From: a virus
Lineage: Duplodnaviria > Caudoviricetes
Length of the DNA: 39,314 nucleotides
Reading direction: 5' to 3' (one strand)
IMG/VR virus record: IMGVR_UViG_3300035670_000569
Span: 1-39,314 of that record
Shown: positions 17,154-26,524 of the stretch, piece by piece
How positions within the stretch are numbered: position 1 is the first letter of the stretch
Layout: every line of letters begins with the position of its first letter
Notes under the pieces: generated by a model
What the model was told of the DNA's origin: nothing
Seen by the model: the letters and a program-made list of their open reading frames with translations, nothing else
Database searches by the model: none
Translations under genes and position numbers: made by a program

Positions 17154-18592
17154 TGCCCGAAGCCGCGATTGCCTCCTCGCACTTCGAGCCCGACGGGTAC
17201 GGGGACGCGCGGAAGTTCGTCATCAACTATTACGTTGAGCCGAACGGCGGCGACCCGCAAAGGCCGGTGAGGCACGTCAACACGCCCGGCAGCCGGATTG
17301 TTGATAATGGCAGCGTGCTGACCACAAGTGTGCGCGGGCTGTTCCAAGCAGACGGGTTTGAGAGTGGTAAAATCGTTGTGCCTGATGGGACGACGGTTAG
17401 GCTCTATGATGTGAGTTCTAACACATGGAGCGCCCTGACCGGGACCATGACAGGTACGGATAGGGTCAAGGCTGTGTTCGGGGAAGTCCAGGCGGGATTC
17501 CTTAGCGGAGGCAACCTCTTCCAGTCTGGCGGCGCCAGTGTTGCGGCGCTGTCAGACGCGGATTGGGCAACCTTGCTGAGCGATGCAGGCGAGACGGCTT
17601 ACACGTCGATTGCCACGATGGGGCAGCGGCTCCTTGCAAGCTATGGAAGCCGGTTTGCGTTCTCCACAACCTTGCAGTTCAACACGACGACGACGCTGAG
17701 CTATTACACGGCGGAGTATGCCCCTGACGGGATTGTTGGCCTTGCGGTGATTTCCAACACGCTGATTGTGTTCGGTACGCAGACGATCCAGCCTTGGGTC
17801 GAGACGGGCGATAATGACGACCCGTTTTCCCCGATTGTAGGGCAGGAAATCGACCGAGGCGCGGCGTGCCGGGACAGCATCGTCAAGCTGGATAACACGC
17901 TGTTTTTCATTGGCGATGACCTGAGCGTCTACCGGCTGGCAGGGCTTACGCCTCAGTTGCTAAATGCAAATGATCCGTGGGTGAGCAGATACCTTGCCAC
18001 TGTCGATCGATCCGACATCGTATGCAGTGCCATCGAGACAGAGGCGCACAAATTCTACGTGATCCGCACGCCGAACAAGTGCATCGTCTATGACGTGGCG
18101 ACGCAGACATGGCACCTTCGCCAGACTTATGGATCCGAGACTTGGGAATGGGTGTTTCAGGTGACTGTGGATGGCCAGCAATTTGCAGCGCCGGAAGGCC
18201 GCACGCTGGTGGAACTGAGCCGGTCCTACAAGTCTGACCGGATGCCGGATGCGTCCACGTTCGGGACGGAGATTGTGCGGTATTTCTCGGCACATCTGCC
18301 GGTCAACATGGGCAACCAGCCTTTGGGACAAGTCCGTGTTGAAGGCACTAAAGGTATCGGCCTTGTAAGTGGGCAGGGATCAAATCCGCTGCTCTCGATG
18401 GCCATAAGCCGGGACAAGGGCAACACGTTCGGGGCGTACCGGGATCGATCACTAGGGGCCATTGGGGAATATGATGCGCAGACATCGTGGGAGCAAAACG
18501 GGCGCGCAAAGCCTGAGCAGACTGTTTTGCTGTTCCGCCTAAGTGATCCGGTGGGGTTCTTACCTAGCCGTGTGCCAGTGGGTGAACGCTGA
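17153..18592 (+). CDS. P22 gp10-like head-closure/tail hub protein
   Basis: TPGS, VRGL, TAEYAPDGIV, VYDVATQTWH, SRDKGNTF, SLGAIGEY, SDPV. Confidence 0.85.
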   Translation: MPEAAIASSHFEPDGYGDARKFVINYYVEPNGGDPQRPVRHVNTPGSRIVDNGSVLTTSVRGLFQADGFESGKIVVPDGTTVRLYDVSSNTWSALTGTMTGTDRVKAVFGEVQAGFLSGGNLFQSGGASVAALSDADWATLLSDAGETAYTSIATMGQRLLASYGSRFAFSTTLQFNTTTTLSYYTAEYAPDGIVGLAVISNTLIVFGTQTIQPWVETGDNDDPFSPIVGQEIDRGAACRDSIVKLDNTLFFIGDDLSVYRLAGLTPQLLNANDPWVSRYLATVDRSDIVCSAIETEAHKFYVIRTPNKCIVYDVATQTWHLRQTYGSETWEWVFQVTVDGQQFAAPEGRTLVELSRSYKSDRMPDASTFGTEIVRYFSAHLPVNMGNQPLGQVRVEGTKGIGLVSGQGSNPLLSMAISRDKGNTFGAYRDRSLGAIGEYDAQTSWEQNGRAKPEQTVLLFRLSDPVGFLPSRVPVGER

Positions 18593-18765
18593 TGAGAAAC
18601 GACCAGCTGGCAGCGGCACGCAGGGTGCAGAACAGGTATCCAGATGTGGCCTTCCGTGCGGTGCCTACGGGGATAGAGGTTCGGGGCGTGCTTGTGCCCA
18701 TCACGGACAACATGAGCCCGGAAGAAGTCCGGCAGGCCTTGGTTATCGAGGTGCTTAATGGCTAG
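18592..18765 (+). CDS. Hypothetical 57-aa protein (MRNDQLAAARR...)
   Basis: Translated by hand; TGATG coupling upstream, overlaps the next start. Confidence 0.55.
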   Translation: MRNDQLAAARRVQNRYPDVAFRAVPTGIEVRGVLVPITDNMSPEEVRQALVIEVLNG

Positions 18766-19342
18766 CCGCGTTATCCCGAAGCAGTTTGTGGACCCCGCCA
18801 CAGGTCAGTTGACCTTTGATGCCGTCCGTTATCTCAACGACTTGGACAACGGCGCAAGCGATAGCATCCGGTCTGTGGGTACGATCCTTTCCGGGGTGAA
18901 CCAGACACAGCAGGCCATTATAGCTGGGACGCAGCCGCTTGCAGATGTGCTCATCACTGGCTTGGGGTCAGTTACCAGCGGCCTTGAAAGCGCCGAAGCG
19001 AACGTATCTGCCGCAGCGGTCGCCGCTTCAGCAGGCGCGCTAACAGCATCTGCAAGCCCCGCAAGCCTCTACAGCGAAAACGTAGGGTCCGGCACAATTA
19101 CCACGGGCACGGTGACGATTACCCCAGTTGGGGGCACAGGGCCTTACACATACGCATGGCTCTACAAGTCCGGGTACGCGAGCTTCACAATATCCAGCGC
19201 GACAGCGGCGGCGGTAGACTTCACTTCTGCAAGCCTGATTCCCGGCCAGACCAGAAACGGCGTGTGGACTTGCACAGTAACAGACAGCGCCGCTGCAACG
19301 TTCGCAGTTGACGTGGCAATTACGGTCGTTGCGACCGAGTAG
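18758..19342 (+). CDS. Tail needle (gp26-position) protein with Ig-like C-terminal domain
   Basis: FVDPATGQLT N-terminus; GGTGPYTYAW...CTVTDS. Confidence 0.6.
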   Translation: MASRVIPKQFVDPATGQLTFDAVRYLNDLDNGASDSIRSVGTILSGVNQTQQAIIAGTQPLADVLITGLGSVTSGLESAEANVSAAAVAASAGALTASASPASLYSENVGSGTITTGTVTITPVGGTGPYTYAWLYKSGYASFTISSATAAAVDFTSASLIPGQTRNGVWTCTVTDSAAATFAVDVAITVVATE

Positions 19343-19351
19343 GAGTTAGAG

Positions 19352-20383
19352 ATGGCGTTTTGGCTTCCAGCGGCAATTATCGGGTCCAGCTTGCTAGGCG
19401 CGGGCGCGTCCATATCCAGCGGTAACAAGGCCGCCAAGGCGCAGGAAGAAGCGGCGCGTCAGGCAGCTGCCACGCAAAACCAACAGTTTGAACGTTCGCT
19501 TCAGCTACAGGCACCGTTCCAGCAAGCCGGACTTAATGCCCTTGCCATGCAAGGCAGTTTGCTGGGCAATTCCAACCTTGTGCCCCAATCTGCAATCCAG
19601 CAGTCACAGGAAGCGTTCGCTGATCCGAATGCCAAATGGCAGGCCTACACGCAGCAATACAAGCCGGAGATTGACGCGTTCTATGCCAAGAACGCCAAGA
19701 CGTTTGACCGGCTAGGCCGCGATCCTATCCGGGCGGCAGAACATTATTACAACACGGTCGGCGCCATGAAGGGCCATCAGTTGCCCACCAGCACGGGATC
19801 GGCCCCGACATCCGGCACGGGAGCGCCTGGAGCGGTCAGCGTCGGCGGCGGCGCCATGATGCCCGGCGGTGATGGCTCCCAGATGGTGCAAGGCGGGTCA
19901 ACGGGGATTGGCGTCGGCACAGGTGTTGATCAGGCCTATAACACGTTCCTTGATAGCGGATTTGGCCGGTCTGCGCTGGAGACAACGAACGCCGATTACA
20001 GCCAGCTTGTCGGTGCGTTCGGTGCGGGCGGCAAGTCCATGTCAGGATCGGCTATCGGCGCCCTGAATGACCGCAACCGGCGCAACACGGCGGGAGCGTT
20101 TGGGAACTATTACAATGCGTTGTCAGGGATTTCGGGAACGGGCGCACAGATTGGAAGTCAGCAGGCAAGCCAAGCCAACCAGCTCGGCGCCAACCTTGCC
20201 AACACGCAACTTCAGCAAGGCAATGCACGCGCATCCAGCTACATGAACACGGGCAACGCGATCCAAGGCGGCTTGCAGAACGTGGGCAATGCGCTGGCTT
20301 ATGGGATGGGCTCGGGTTGGTTTAGCAAAGGCGGCAGGCCTTACGTTCCAAACGGCACGACTGACATGAGAGGGTACGGCTGA
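19352..20383 (+). CDS. DNA ejection/pilot protein (gp7-like)
   Basis: AAIIGSSLLGAGAS...AAKAQ, APFQQAG, QGNARASSY; G/A/Q/N-rich. Confidence 0.75.
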   Translation: MAFWLPAAIIGSSLLGAGASISSGNKAAKAQEEAARQAAATQNQQFERSLQLQAPFQQAGLNALAMQGSLLGNSNLVPQSAIQQSQEAFADPNAKWQAYTQQYKPEIDAFYAKNAKTFDRLGRDPIRAAEHYYNTVGAMKGHQLPTSTGSAPTSGTGAPGAVSVGGGAMMPGGDGSQMVQGGSTGIGVGTGVDQAYNTFLDSGFGRSALETTNADYSQLVGAFGAGGKSMSGSAIGALNDRNRRNTAGAFGNYYNALSGISGTGAQIGSQQASQANQLGANLANTQLQQGNARASSYMNTGNAIQGGLQNVGNALAYGMGSGWFSKGGRPYVPNGTTDMRGYG

Positions 20384-20384
20384 A

Positions 20385-21710
20385 ATGTATAACGCTCTCC
20401 AGACCATTCAGGCGTTTGAGGCTGGCCAAGGCCAGCGGAAAGAACGCGAGCGCGAAGCCGCCATGAAGCAGTTCGGCAACGCGCTGGCCAATAACGACTA
20501 TGGCGGCGCGGCTAAGCTCGGGTTCCAGATTTCGCCTGAGTTGGGAATGCAGGCGCAGCAATATGGCGACAGCCGCAACGCGCTGGCAACCCGCAGGACC
20601 ATTGGCAAGCAACTCGGCGCGGGTGATTACAAAGGCGGCATGTCTACAGCCTTCGCTGAGGGTGAGCTTGACATGGGCACCCAAATCCAAAGCATGATGC
20701 AAAACATGGAGCAGGGCGACCGCGAAAAGTTTGCCTATTCCATTCAGGAAACGGCAGCCGTGGCAGGCTCTCTCTTGTCGTATGCCACACCGGAAGAACG
20801 CAAACAGGCGCTTATGAGTGACCCTCAGCTTCAGAAGCGCCTAGAGATGGCGGGCATTCCACTTGATCAGGCGCTAAATGCCCCGATGGACAATGCCAGC
20901 CTTGAAGGCCAGATGAAAATGGGATTTACCGCCGCGCAGATCATGGAAATGCGCCGCGCAGACGCCGCTGCCGAAACGGATCAAGAGCGCTTTGACCTTG
21001 GGTATGGCCTTGATTTGCGCCGTGTGCAGCTTGCGGAAAAAGAAGCCGCAGATGCAGCAGAGGCTCGCAGGCTTGAGGCGGAAGCGCTTGCGGCGGCAGG
21101 ACCGGAAATCAACGTTGACGACGAAGCCTCCTTCCGCCGCGAATACAACTCGATCACCAGCGGGTTCCGCGACGTGCAAGCCTCTTATGGACGCATCAAA
21201 GCGACGGACGCAACCACGCCAGCCGGTCAGCTTTCACTCGTGTACCAATACATGAAGATGCTGGACCCAGGTTCGACCGTTATGCAGGGCGAACAAGCAT
21301 CAGCTGCAAACGCGGCGGGCGTGCCTGAAAAGACGCGCAACCTTTACAACTCTATCATTGAAGGCAAGCCGCTGTCTGGTAAGCAAGTCGCAGATTTCAC
21401 GCGGCAGGCTGACCTCTTGTATAATCGCTCTCTGGAAGATTACGACAAGGCACGCATCACGTATGAGGGCATTGCCAACCAATACGGCTTTGACCCGCGC
21501 CGCACGGTTCCAGATTACGCTACGGGCAGGCCAACGGGTGAAGTGTTCCGAGGCGGCGCCGTCAACCGCATTCCACAGGGCGCGGTTCAAGAACTTATGA
21601 GCGATCCAAGCCCTGAAAAAATGCGGTTCTTTGATGAATATTATGGGCCGGGTCAAGCGCAGAAAATTATCCAACAGCAAGGCCTTGCGCCTAGCCGTAT
21701 TACGTTCTGA
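20385..21710 (+). CDS. DNA ejection protein (gp20 position)
   Basis: Helical A/Q/E-rich; LVYQYMKMLDPGSTVMQGE. Confidence 0.7.
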   Translation: MYNALQTIQAFEAGQGQRKEREREAAMKQFGNALANNDYGGAAKLGFQISPELGMQAQQYGDSRNALATRRTIGKQLGAGDYKGGMSTAFAEGELDMGTQIQSMMQNMEQGDREKFAYSIQETAAVAGSLLSYATPEERKQALMSDPQLQKRLEMAGIPLDQALNAPMDNASLEGQMKMGFTAAQIMEMRRADAAAETDQERFDLGYGLDLRRVQLAEKEAADAAEARRLEAEALAAAGPEINVDDEASFRREYNSITSGFRDVQASYGRIKATDATTPAGQLSLVYQYMKMLDPGSTVMQGEQASAANAAGVPEKTRNLYNSIIEGKPLSGKQVADFTRQADLLYNRSLEDYDKARITYEGIANQYGFDPRRTVPDYATGRPTGEVFRGGAVNRIPQGAVQELMSDPSPEKMRFFDEYYGPGQAQKIIQQQGLAPSRITF

Positions 21711-21718
21711 GGGCGCAG

Positions 21719-24700
21719 ATGTCTGAAAACCCTTTTGCAAAGTACGGTTCGCCGCAGAGCGGTTCCGGCAACCCTTTCGCAAAATATGGCCCGCCCCCCG
21801 GCGCGGATGAAGACATTATTGAACAGTACACTCAGGACATCCAGCGCCGTCTTCAAGGCGGCGCCTATGACCGCGCCGTGGCATCCCGTCTGCAAGACCC
21901 TGCCACGCTTCGCCGCATGGCCGAGATTGAAGCAGAGCGCAATGGCTATCAACCGCCAAAACAAGACGACAAGATGGGCCGTCTGGCAACGTTTGCCACG
22001 GCCTACGGCCAAGGCGGTACGTTCGGGTTCGGTGAGGAAATCTCCGGTGCGGCTGACTTCGTTGGCGGCACCGCAATGGGCCTTGTGCGGGGTGAAGGGC
22101 TTGGCGCGATCGAATCCGGCAAGCAGGCGTATTCTGAACGGGTCGCCAAAGACCGCGCCGTTATCAACAAGGCGAAGGCTGACAATCCTTACACCTACAT
22201 CGCAGGCGAGCTGACCGGCGGTGTGGTGACGACCGCGCCGCTGCCGGTTGGCCTGACTGGCGCGGGTGCTCGCACAACGGCCCAAGTTGGCCTTCAGGCC
22301 AGCGCCAAGGGCGACAAGCTGGCAAAACTGGCTCAGGCATCCACGGGCGCCCGCCAAGCCAGACTGGCTGCAAAATCCGCAGCCCTGAAAGCCAAAGCCG
22401 CAAAGCTGGCCCTTCCGGCGCAGACGATAGGTCAGGCTGTGTCCCGAGCTGGCGGACGGGTTGCGGAGGCGACCGGCAAGGGAATGGGCTACGGCGCAGG
22501 TTATGGTGGCCTGTATGCGGCAGGTACGGCAGAGGGCGGTATCCCCGAGCGTCTGGACGAAGCGGCACAAGGCGCAGCATTCGGTGCAGCGGTGGGCGGT
22601 GTTCTTAGCCCGGCGGCGCAATTTGTTGTGGCCCCGATTGTCGGCAAGGCTGGCTACAGCCTGTTTACCAATGCTGAGAACAAAGCGCTGGACATGATCC
22701 TGACCCGCGCTGAGCGGTCTGGCACGTCGTTGCAAAAGGTGCGGGATGACTTCGACCGCTGGCAGAAGTCTGGCGAAGTTCCCGAGACGCTGGCAGAATT
22801 GATGGGTCCGAACGAGCGCAGCTTGCTTTCGGCAATGATTACGGTGAACCGCGAAAGCCGGGAGCAAGCGGCTAATGTGTTCGTCAACCGTGGCCGGGGC
22901 GAGGTGGATTGGCTGGAAGATGCGTTTGCGCGTAGCTTCGGAGCACGGCGCGGTGACTATGCCAAGGCGCAGTCAGAAGCAGCAAGAGCGCGCGTAGAAG
23001 ACCCGGAACCGCTTTATGCAGCCGCGCACTACGGTAAGAACAAAACCCTCAAACCGCTTGACCCGCAAAAGCAGGCCAGCCTTAATAATATCCTTGCCGA
23101 TGAGGATGATGTTGGCCGGATCATCAAGGATGCCGCTTCGGACTTGAACCGCATGGGCCACAAAGCGGCACGCGATGAAGTCCGCATGTATGGCGAGGCA
23201 CTTCAGGCCGCCAGACGCGGTGAGCGGGTGCAAATCCCCAACCTGTCTGTTCAGGCTGCGGACTATATTGAACGCGCCATTAACCAAAGCTACAAGGCTG
23301 TTGGCGGCGGTTCTGGCGAAATCTCGGGGAGCATTGCGGGCTGGCGTGCGCTTCGCAACAACGTGCGCGCAATTATCGACGATACGGGCATCGGTGACGC
23401 GCGAGCGACTGCCGCTGAACGCATCCGGCGCGGCGAACTGCTGAAGGAAGGCTTAGACATTATGAAGCCTTCCGTCGATGTGGACGACGTGAACCGCATC
23501 ATGCAAGGCATTCCAGACGCCAACATTCCCGCCGCATCAGATGAGGGTCGCAGGGCTTATGGCGTCGGTGCTGCCCGAGCCATTGCCAACGAACTTCGCA
23601 ACGCGCCGAACATGGGCGGCTTTGCAGATGCGACCCGCAAGGTTGCCCGCACGCCCGCGCTCCGTGACAAGCTGGAAGCTGCGCGCCCGAAGGTGCTTGT
23701 CACTGATCCGCAAATCCTGGCCATCCGCGCCCGCCTTGCGGCAGGAAGGAAGCTGACCAAAAAGCAACAGGCCCGAGTTGATAAGCTGGGGCCGCAGTTT
23801 GCTGAAAAGATTGGCTCGGTTCAAACCAAGGCCAACGCTGCCTTGGATGAAGCCATTGAACGCGCCTCCAATCGCGCTCAGTTTGGCGTGGACATGGTGG
23901 GCAACAGCAAGACCGCGTTCCGTCAAGGTGACGTGACCGATGCGCTGGCTGATGATGGCATCTCCGCACAGATCGGGCAAAGCGTCTCTGACCTGTTGGC
24001 AGGCGGCCCGGCAATGGCAGCAAGCCAAGTGGCGCAACGCTTTGGCCGCGACATTGGCCGCGCCATCAGCCAGCCGCGCATCCTTCGCCCGAACATCAAC
24101 CGCGCCGCGACTGACATCCTGCTTTCGACCGGCGACCAGATTCCGGCGCAAATTGCTAGACTGGCAGCGCGTGCTGCGTCTCGCAAAATGGGCCGCATCA
24201 CGTCGCGCGGATTGCCTCCGCCTGTCGGCGGCGTTCCCCCCACCGCACCGGGCACGCCCCCACGCGGCACACCCCCCTCCGGCTCTCCCACCCCATCCCC
24301 CAACGCTCTCGCCCCGCAAGGGCCGATCCGGGCGGCTGGGTTTGGGGGCTTTGGCGGGAAGAAGCCGCCCGCTGAGCGCACGCAAGACACGATTAGCCGC
24401 GAGATCAAGGACATCGAGAAAAAGCTACGCCGCAAAGGCTACACGCTGAACGAGGCTGAAACGCTGGCCGAGGAAGGCACGCTGCCGCCCGAGCTTCGCG
24501 GACTGATGATCCAATACGGCGACCTTGTGCGTGAAAGTGGACGGATGCAGGGCGCCGCACTTCGCGCCAAGGGCGGCGTAGAAACTGATCCCGAATACCT
24601 TCGCGCCGAAAGCGAAATGAACAAGGCGATGGATGACGTTGCCAACGCTGAATATGAAATTGCTCGCGAACTGAGAGAGCGGGGCCTCAAATGGGAAGGC

Positions 24701-26278
24701 GATGACGCCGACTTCATGGGCGTCGTTGACCAGCTTCGCCGCGAAGGAAGGCTGAGCAATTACCTTGCGTCCCGCGTGGAAGATTTGCGCGGTGCGTCTA
24801 CGCGCATGTTTGACGCTGAAGCCAAGATGAAAGCGCGGGTGCAAGCATTTGCGCCAAAGTCTCAGGGCGCTGGCGCTTTGCGAGGCGACCTCGGCAACGC
24901 CCTAGCAGGCGCAGGCCTTGGCGCAGCAGGCCCGGCAGACAGCAACGAGGAACGGCTTCGGAACATTGGGATTGGTTTCGGTGTTGGCCTCGGTGCGCGC
25001 CGGTTCGGCAAGGCGTTTGGTGCCGAGGCGGATGATGTGGCGACGGCTGGGATGCCCCGCACGCCGCAGCAAGCCGCCAAGTTCGAGACCCCCGGAAGCC
25101 CTGAATGGGAAGCCGCGAAAGCCAAGGGCCTTGATATGTCCCAAGCGGGCCGGATGGCGCGGGCGAAGGAGATGGGGTTCGATACGGATACGGTGCTGTA
25201 TCATGGGACGCCAGACCGCCGCCCGATTGATGCTGAGGGCTTCAAGACGGCGCGCGAGCGCAATCAAGAGTTCCTGACGCCAGAGGCTCGCAGCGGTGAA
25301 AAGGGGCCTTACTGGTTCACCGAAAACCGCAAGAAAGCGCAGTCCTACGCTGACGATTCGAGAGCGTTTGATAGCCAAAACGCCGAACCGGCAGTATTGC
25401 AAGTTTTCTTGCGGAAGCCAAGCAATCCGCTTATAATCGACGCTGGCGGAACGGTGTTTTCTGACATTCCGCGCGATAGGGTTCTTGCGGCTCTTTCGCC
25501 CGAAGCGCTGGCAAAAATTCCGCAGAATTGGCGCAGGCCGGGCGGTGACAGTTTCCGAAGCGACGACATCGTAAAGATTGCCAGAGACGCAGGCTTCGAC
25601 GGCATTCAGATTCGGAACGTCATTGATGATTACTCTGGCCAAGGGCGTCCGGGCACCACTTACGCGACGTTCGACCCCTCAAACATCCGCTCCGTAAACG
25701 CCGCCTTTGATCCAGACAAGGCCGCATCCCCCATCCTCACGGCTGGCGTAGGAGGCAAACGCCCGCCCTCAAAAAGCGAGCTTCGCAACGCGCTTTCTGG
25801 TACACTCCAGCAGCCAGCAACCCCGCTTGGAAAAGGAGCAACAAACATGATGGGTTCTATGGAGCCTCGCCCGCCAAACGCCCCGCCAACACAACGCTCG
25901 CCACTGCTTCCCGACGATATGTCTATGGAACGCGCAGGCGCCTTGCTTCGTGAAACGCCGCCGGAAAACTGGCCAGAATGGGCATGGAAGTACGAGAGCG
26001 AAACTGTCAGGGCGCTCCTGAAGCAAAAAGCAACGCCGCAGGAAATCAAAGCCAAGACGGGCCGGACAGTTGTCAAGGGCATCGGGTCGAACAGCCCGCC
26101 TATCGTATTCCCGCCTGGAATTGACGAAACGCGCGCCGCCCAGATGATCATGGAAGTCCCAGACGGTAACATGATGCCGGAACGCTGGATGGATGATTAC
26201 ATGCGGACGCGAGACGACTTGATGCGTATCCGCTGGAACCGCCTTCAGGCAATGAGAAGCAAGCAACCCAAACCATAG
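21719..26278 (+). CDS. Large ejection/polyvalent protein (gp16 position) with ART-PolyVal-like domain
   Basis: NPFAKYG twice, QGGTFGFGEEI; YHGT...YWFT...AGFDGI...FDPSNIRS at ~25120-25720. Confidence 0.8.
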   Translation: MSENPFAKYGSPQSGSGNPFAKYGPPPGADEDIIEQYTQDIQRRLQGGAYDRAVASRLQDPATLRRMAEIEAERNGYQPPKQDDKMGRLATFATAYGQGGTFGFGEEISGAADFVGGTAMGLVRGEGLGAIESGKQAYSERVAKDRAVINKAKADNPYTYIAGELTGGVVTTAPLPVGLTGAGARTTAQVGLQASAKGDKLAKLAQASTGARQARLAAKSAALKAKAAKLALPAQTIGQAVSRAGGRVAEATGKGMGYGAGYGGLYAAGTAEGGIPERLDEAAQGAAFGAAVGGVLSPAAQFVVAPIVGKAGYSLFTNAENKALDMILTRAERSGTSLQKVRDDFDRWQKSGEVPETLAELMGPNERSLLSAMITVNRESREQAANVFVNRGRGEVDWLEDAFARSFGARRGDYAKAQSEAARARVEDPEPLYAAAHYGKNKTLKPLDPQKQASLNNILADEDDVGRIIKDAASDLNRMGHKAARDEVRMYGEALQAARRGERVQIPNLSVQAADYIERAINQSYKAVGGGSGEISGSIAGWRALRNNVRAIIDDTGIGDARATAAERIRRGELLKEGLDIMKPSVDVDDVNRIMQGIPDANIPAASDEGRRAYGVGAARAIANELRNAPNMGGFADATRKVARTPALRDKLEAARPKVLVTDPQILAIRARLAAGRKLTKKQQARVDKLGPQFAEKIGSVQTKANAALDEAIERASNRAQFGVDMVGNSKTAFRQGDVTDALADDGISAQIGQSVSDLLAGGPAMAASQVAQRFGRDIGRAISQPRILRPNINRAATDILLSTGDQIPAQIARLAARAASRKMGRITSRGLPPPVGGVPPTAPGTPPRGTPPSGSPTPSPNALAPQGPIRAAGFGGFGGKKPPAERTQDTISREIKDIEKKLRRKGYTLNEAETLAEEGTLPPELRGLMIQYGDLVRESGRMQGAALRAKGGVETDPEYLRAESEMNKAMDDVANAEYEIARELRERGLKWEGDDADFMGVVDQLRREGRLSNYLASRVEDLRGASTRMFDAEAKMKARVQAFAPKSQGAGALRGDLGNALAGAGLGAAGPADSNEERLRNIGIGFGVGLGARRFGKAFGAEADDVATAGMPRTPQQAAKFETPGSPEWEAAKAKGLDMSQAGRMARAKEMGFDTDTVLYHGTPDRRPIDAEGFKTARERNQEFLTPEARSGEKGPYWFTENRKKAQSYADDSRAFDSQNAEPAVLQVFLRKPSNPLIIDAGGTVFSDIPRDRVLAALSPEALAKIPQNWRRPGGDSFRSDDIVKIARDAGFDGIQIRNVIDDYSGQGRPGTTYATFDPSNIRSVNAAFDPDKAASPILTAGVGGKRPPSKSELRNALSGTLQQPATPLGKGATNMMGSMEPRPPNAPPTQRSPLLPDDMSMERAGALLRETPPENWPEWAWKYESETVRALLKQKATPQEIKAKTGRTVVKGIGSNSPPIVFPPGIDETRAAQMIMEVPDGNMMPERWMDDYMRTRDDLMRIRWNRLQAMRSKQPKP

Positions 26279-26291
26279 ACAGGAAGCCATC

Positions 26292-26486
26292 ATGGAAGAA
26301 GAAATCATTGCCGCACTTGAAGCCCTTATGCAAGCCGCAGGCCCCGAATGGACGCTTGAGTTCCTTAACGCTGGCCTTGCTGAAGCCGGACAGGGCGGCC
26401 AAATGCCCCCCGAGCCTGAAATGATGTCCCCCGGCGGTCCTTCTGCGATGCCTCCAATGGGCAAACGCAACGCGCTCGCGCAATAG
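26292..26486 (+). CDS. Small acidic M/P-rich protein
   Basis: RBS AGGA; ends in RNALAQ. Confidence 0.65.
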   Translation: MEEEIIAALEALMQAAGPEWTLEFLNAGLAEAGQGGQMPPEPEMMSPGGPSAMPPMGKRNALAQ

Positions 26487-26524
26487 CGCAAATCACTATA
26501 CGCAGACAGAAACAGGGGCTTTAG

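Noticed and set aside
21653-25642. Long minus-strand ORFs opposite the large ejection gene (and similar ones opposite portal, capsid and lysin)
   Set aside because: Antisense shadows of GC-rich coding sequence, without RBS or recognisable motifs.
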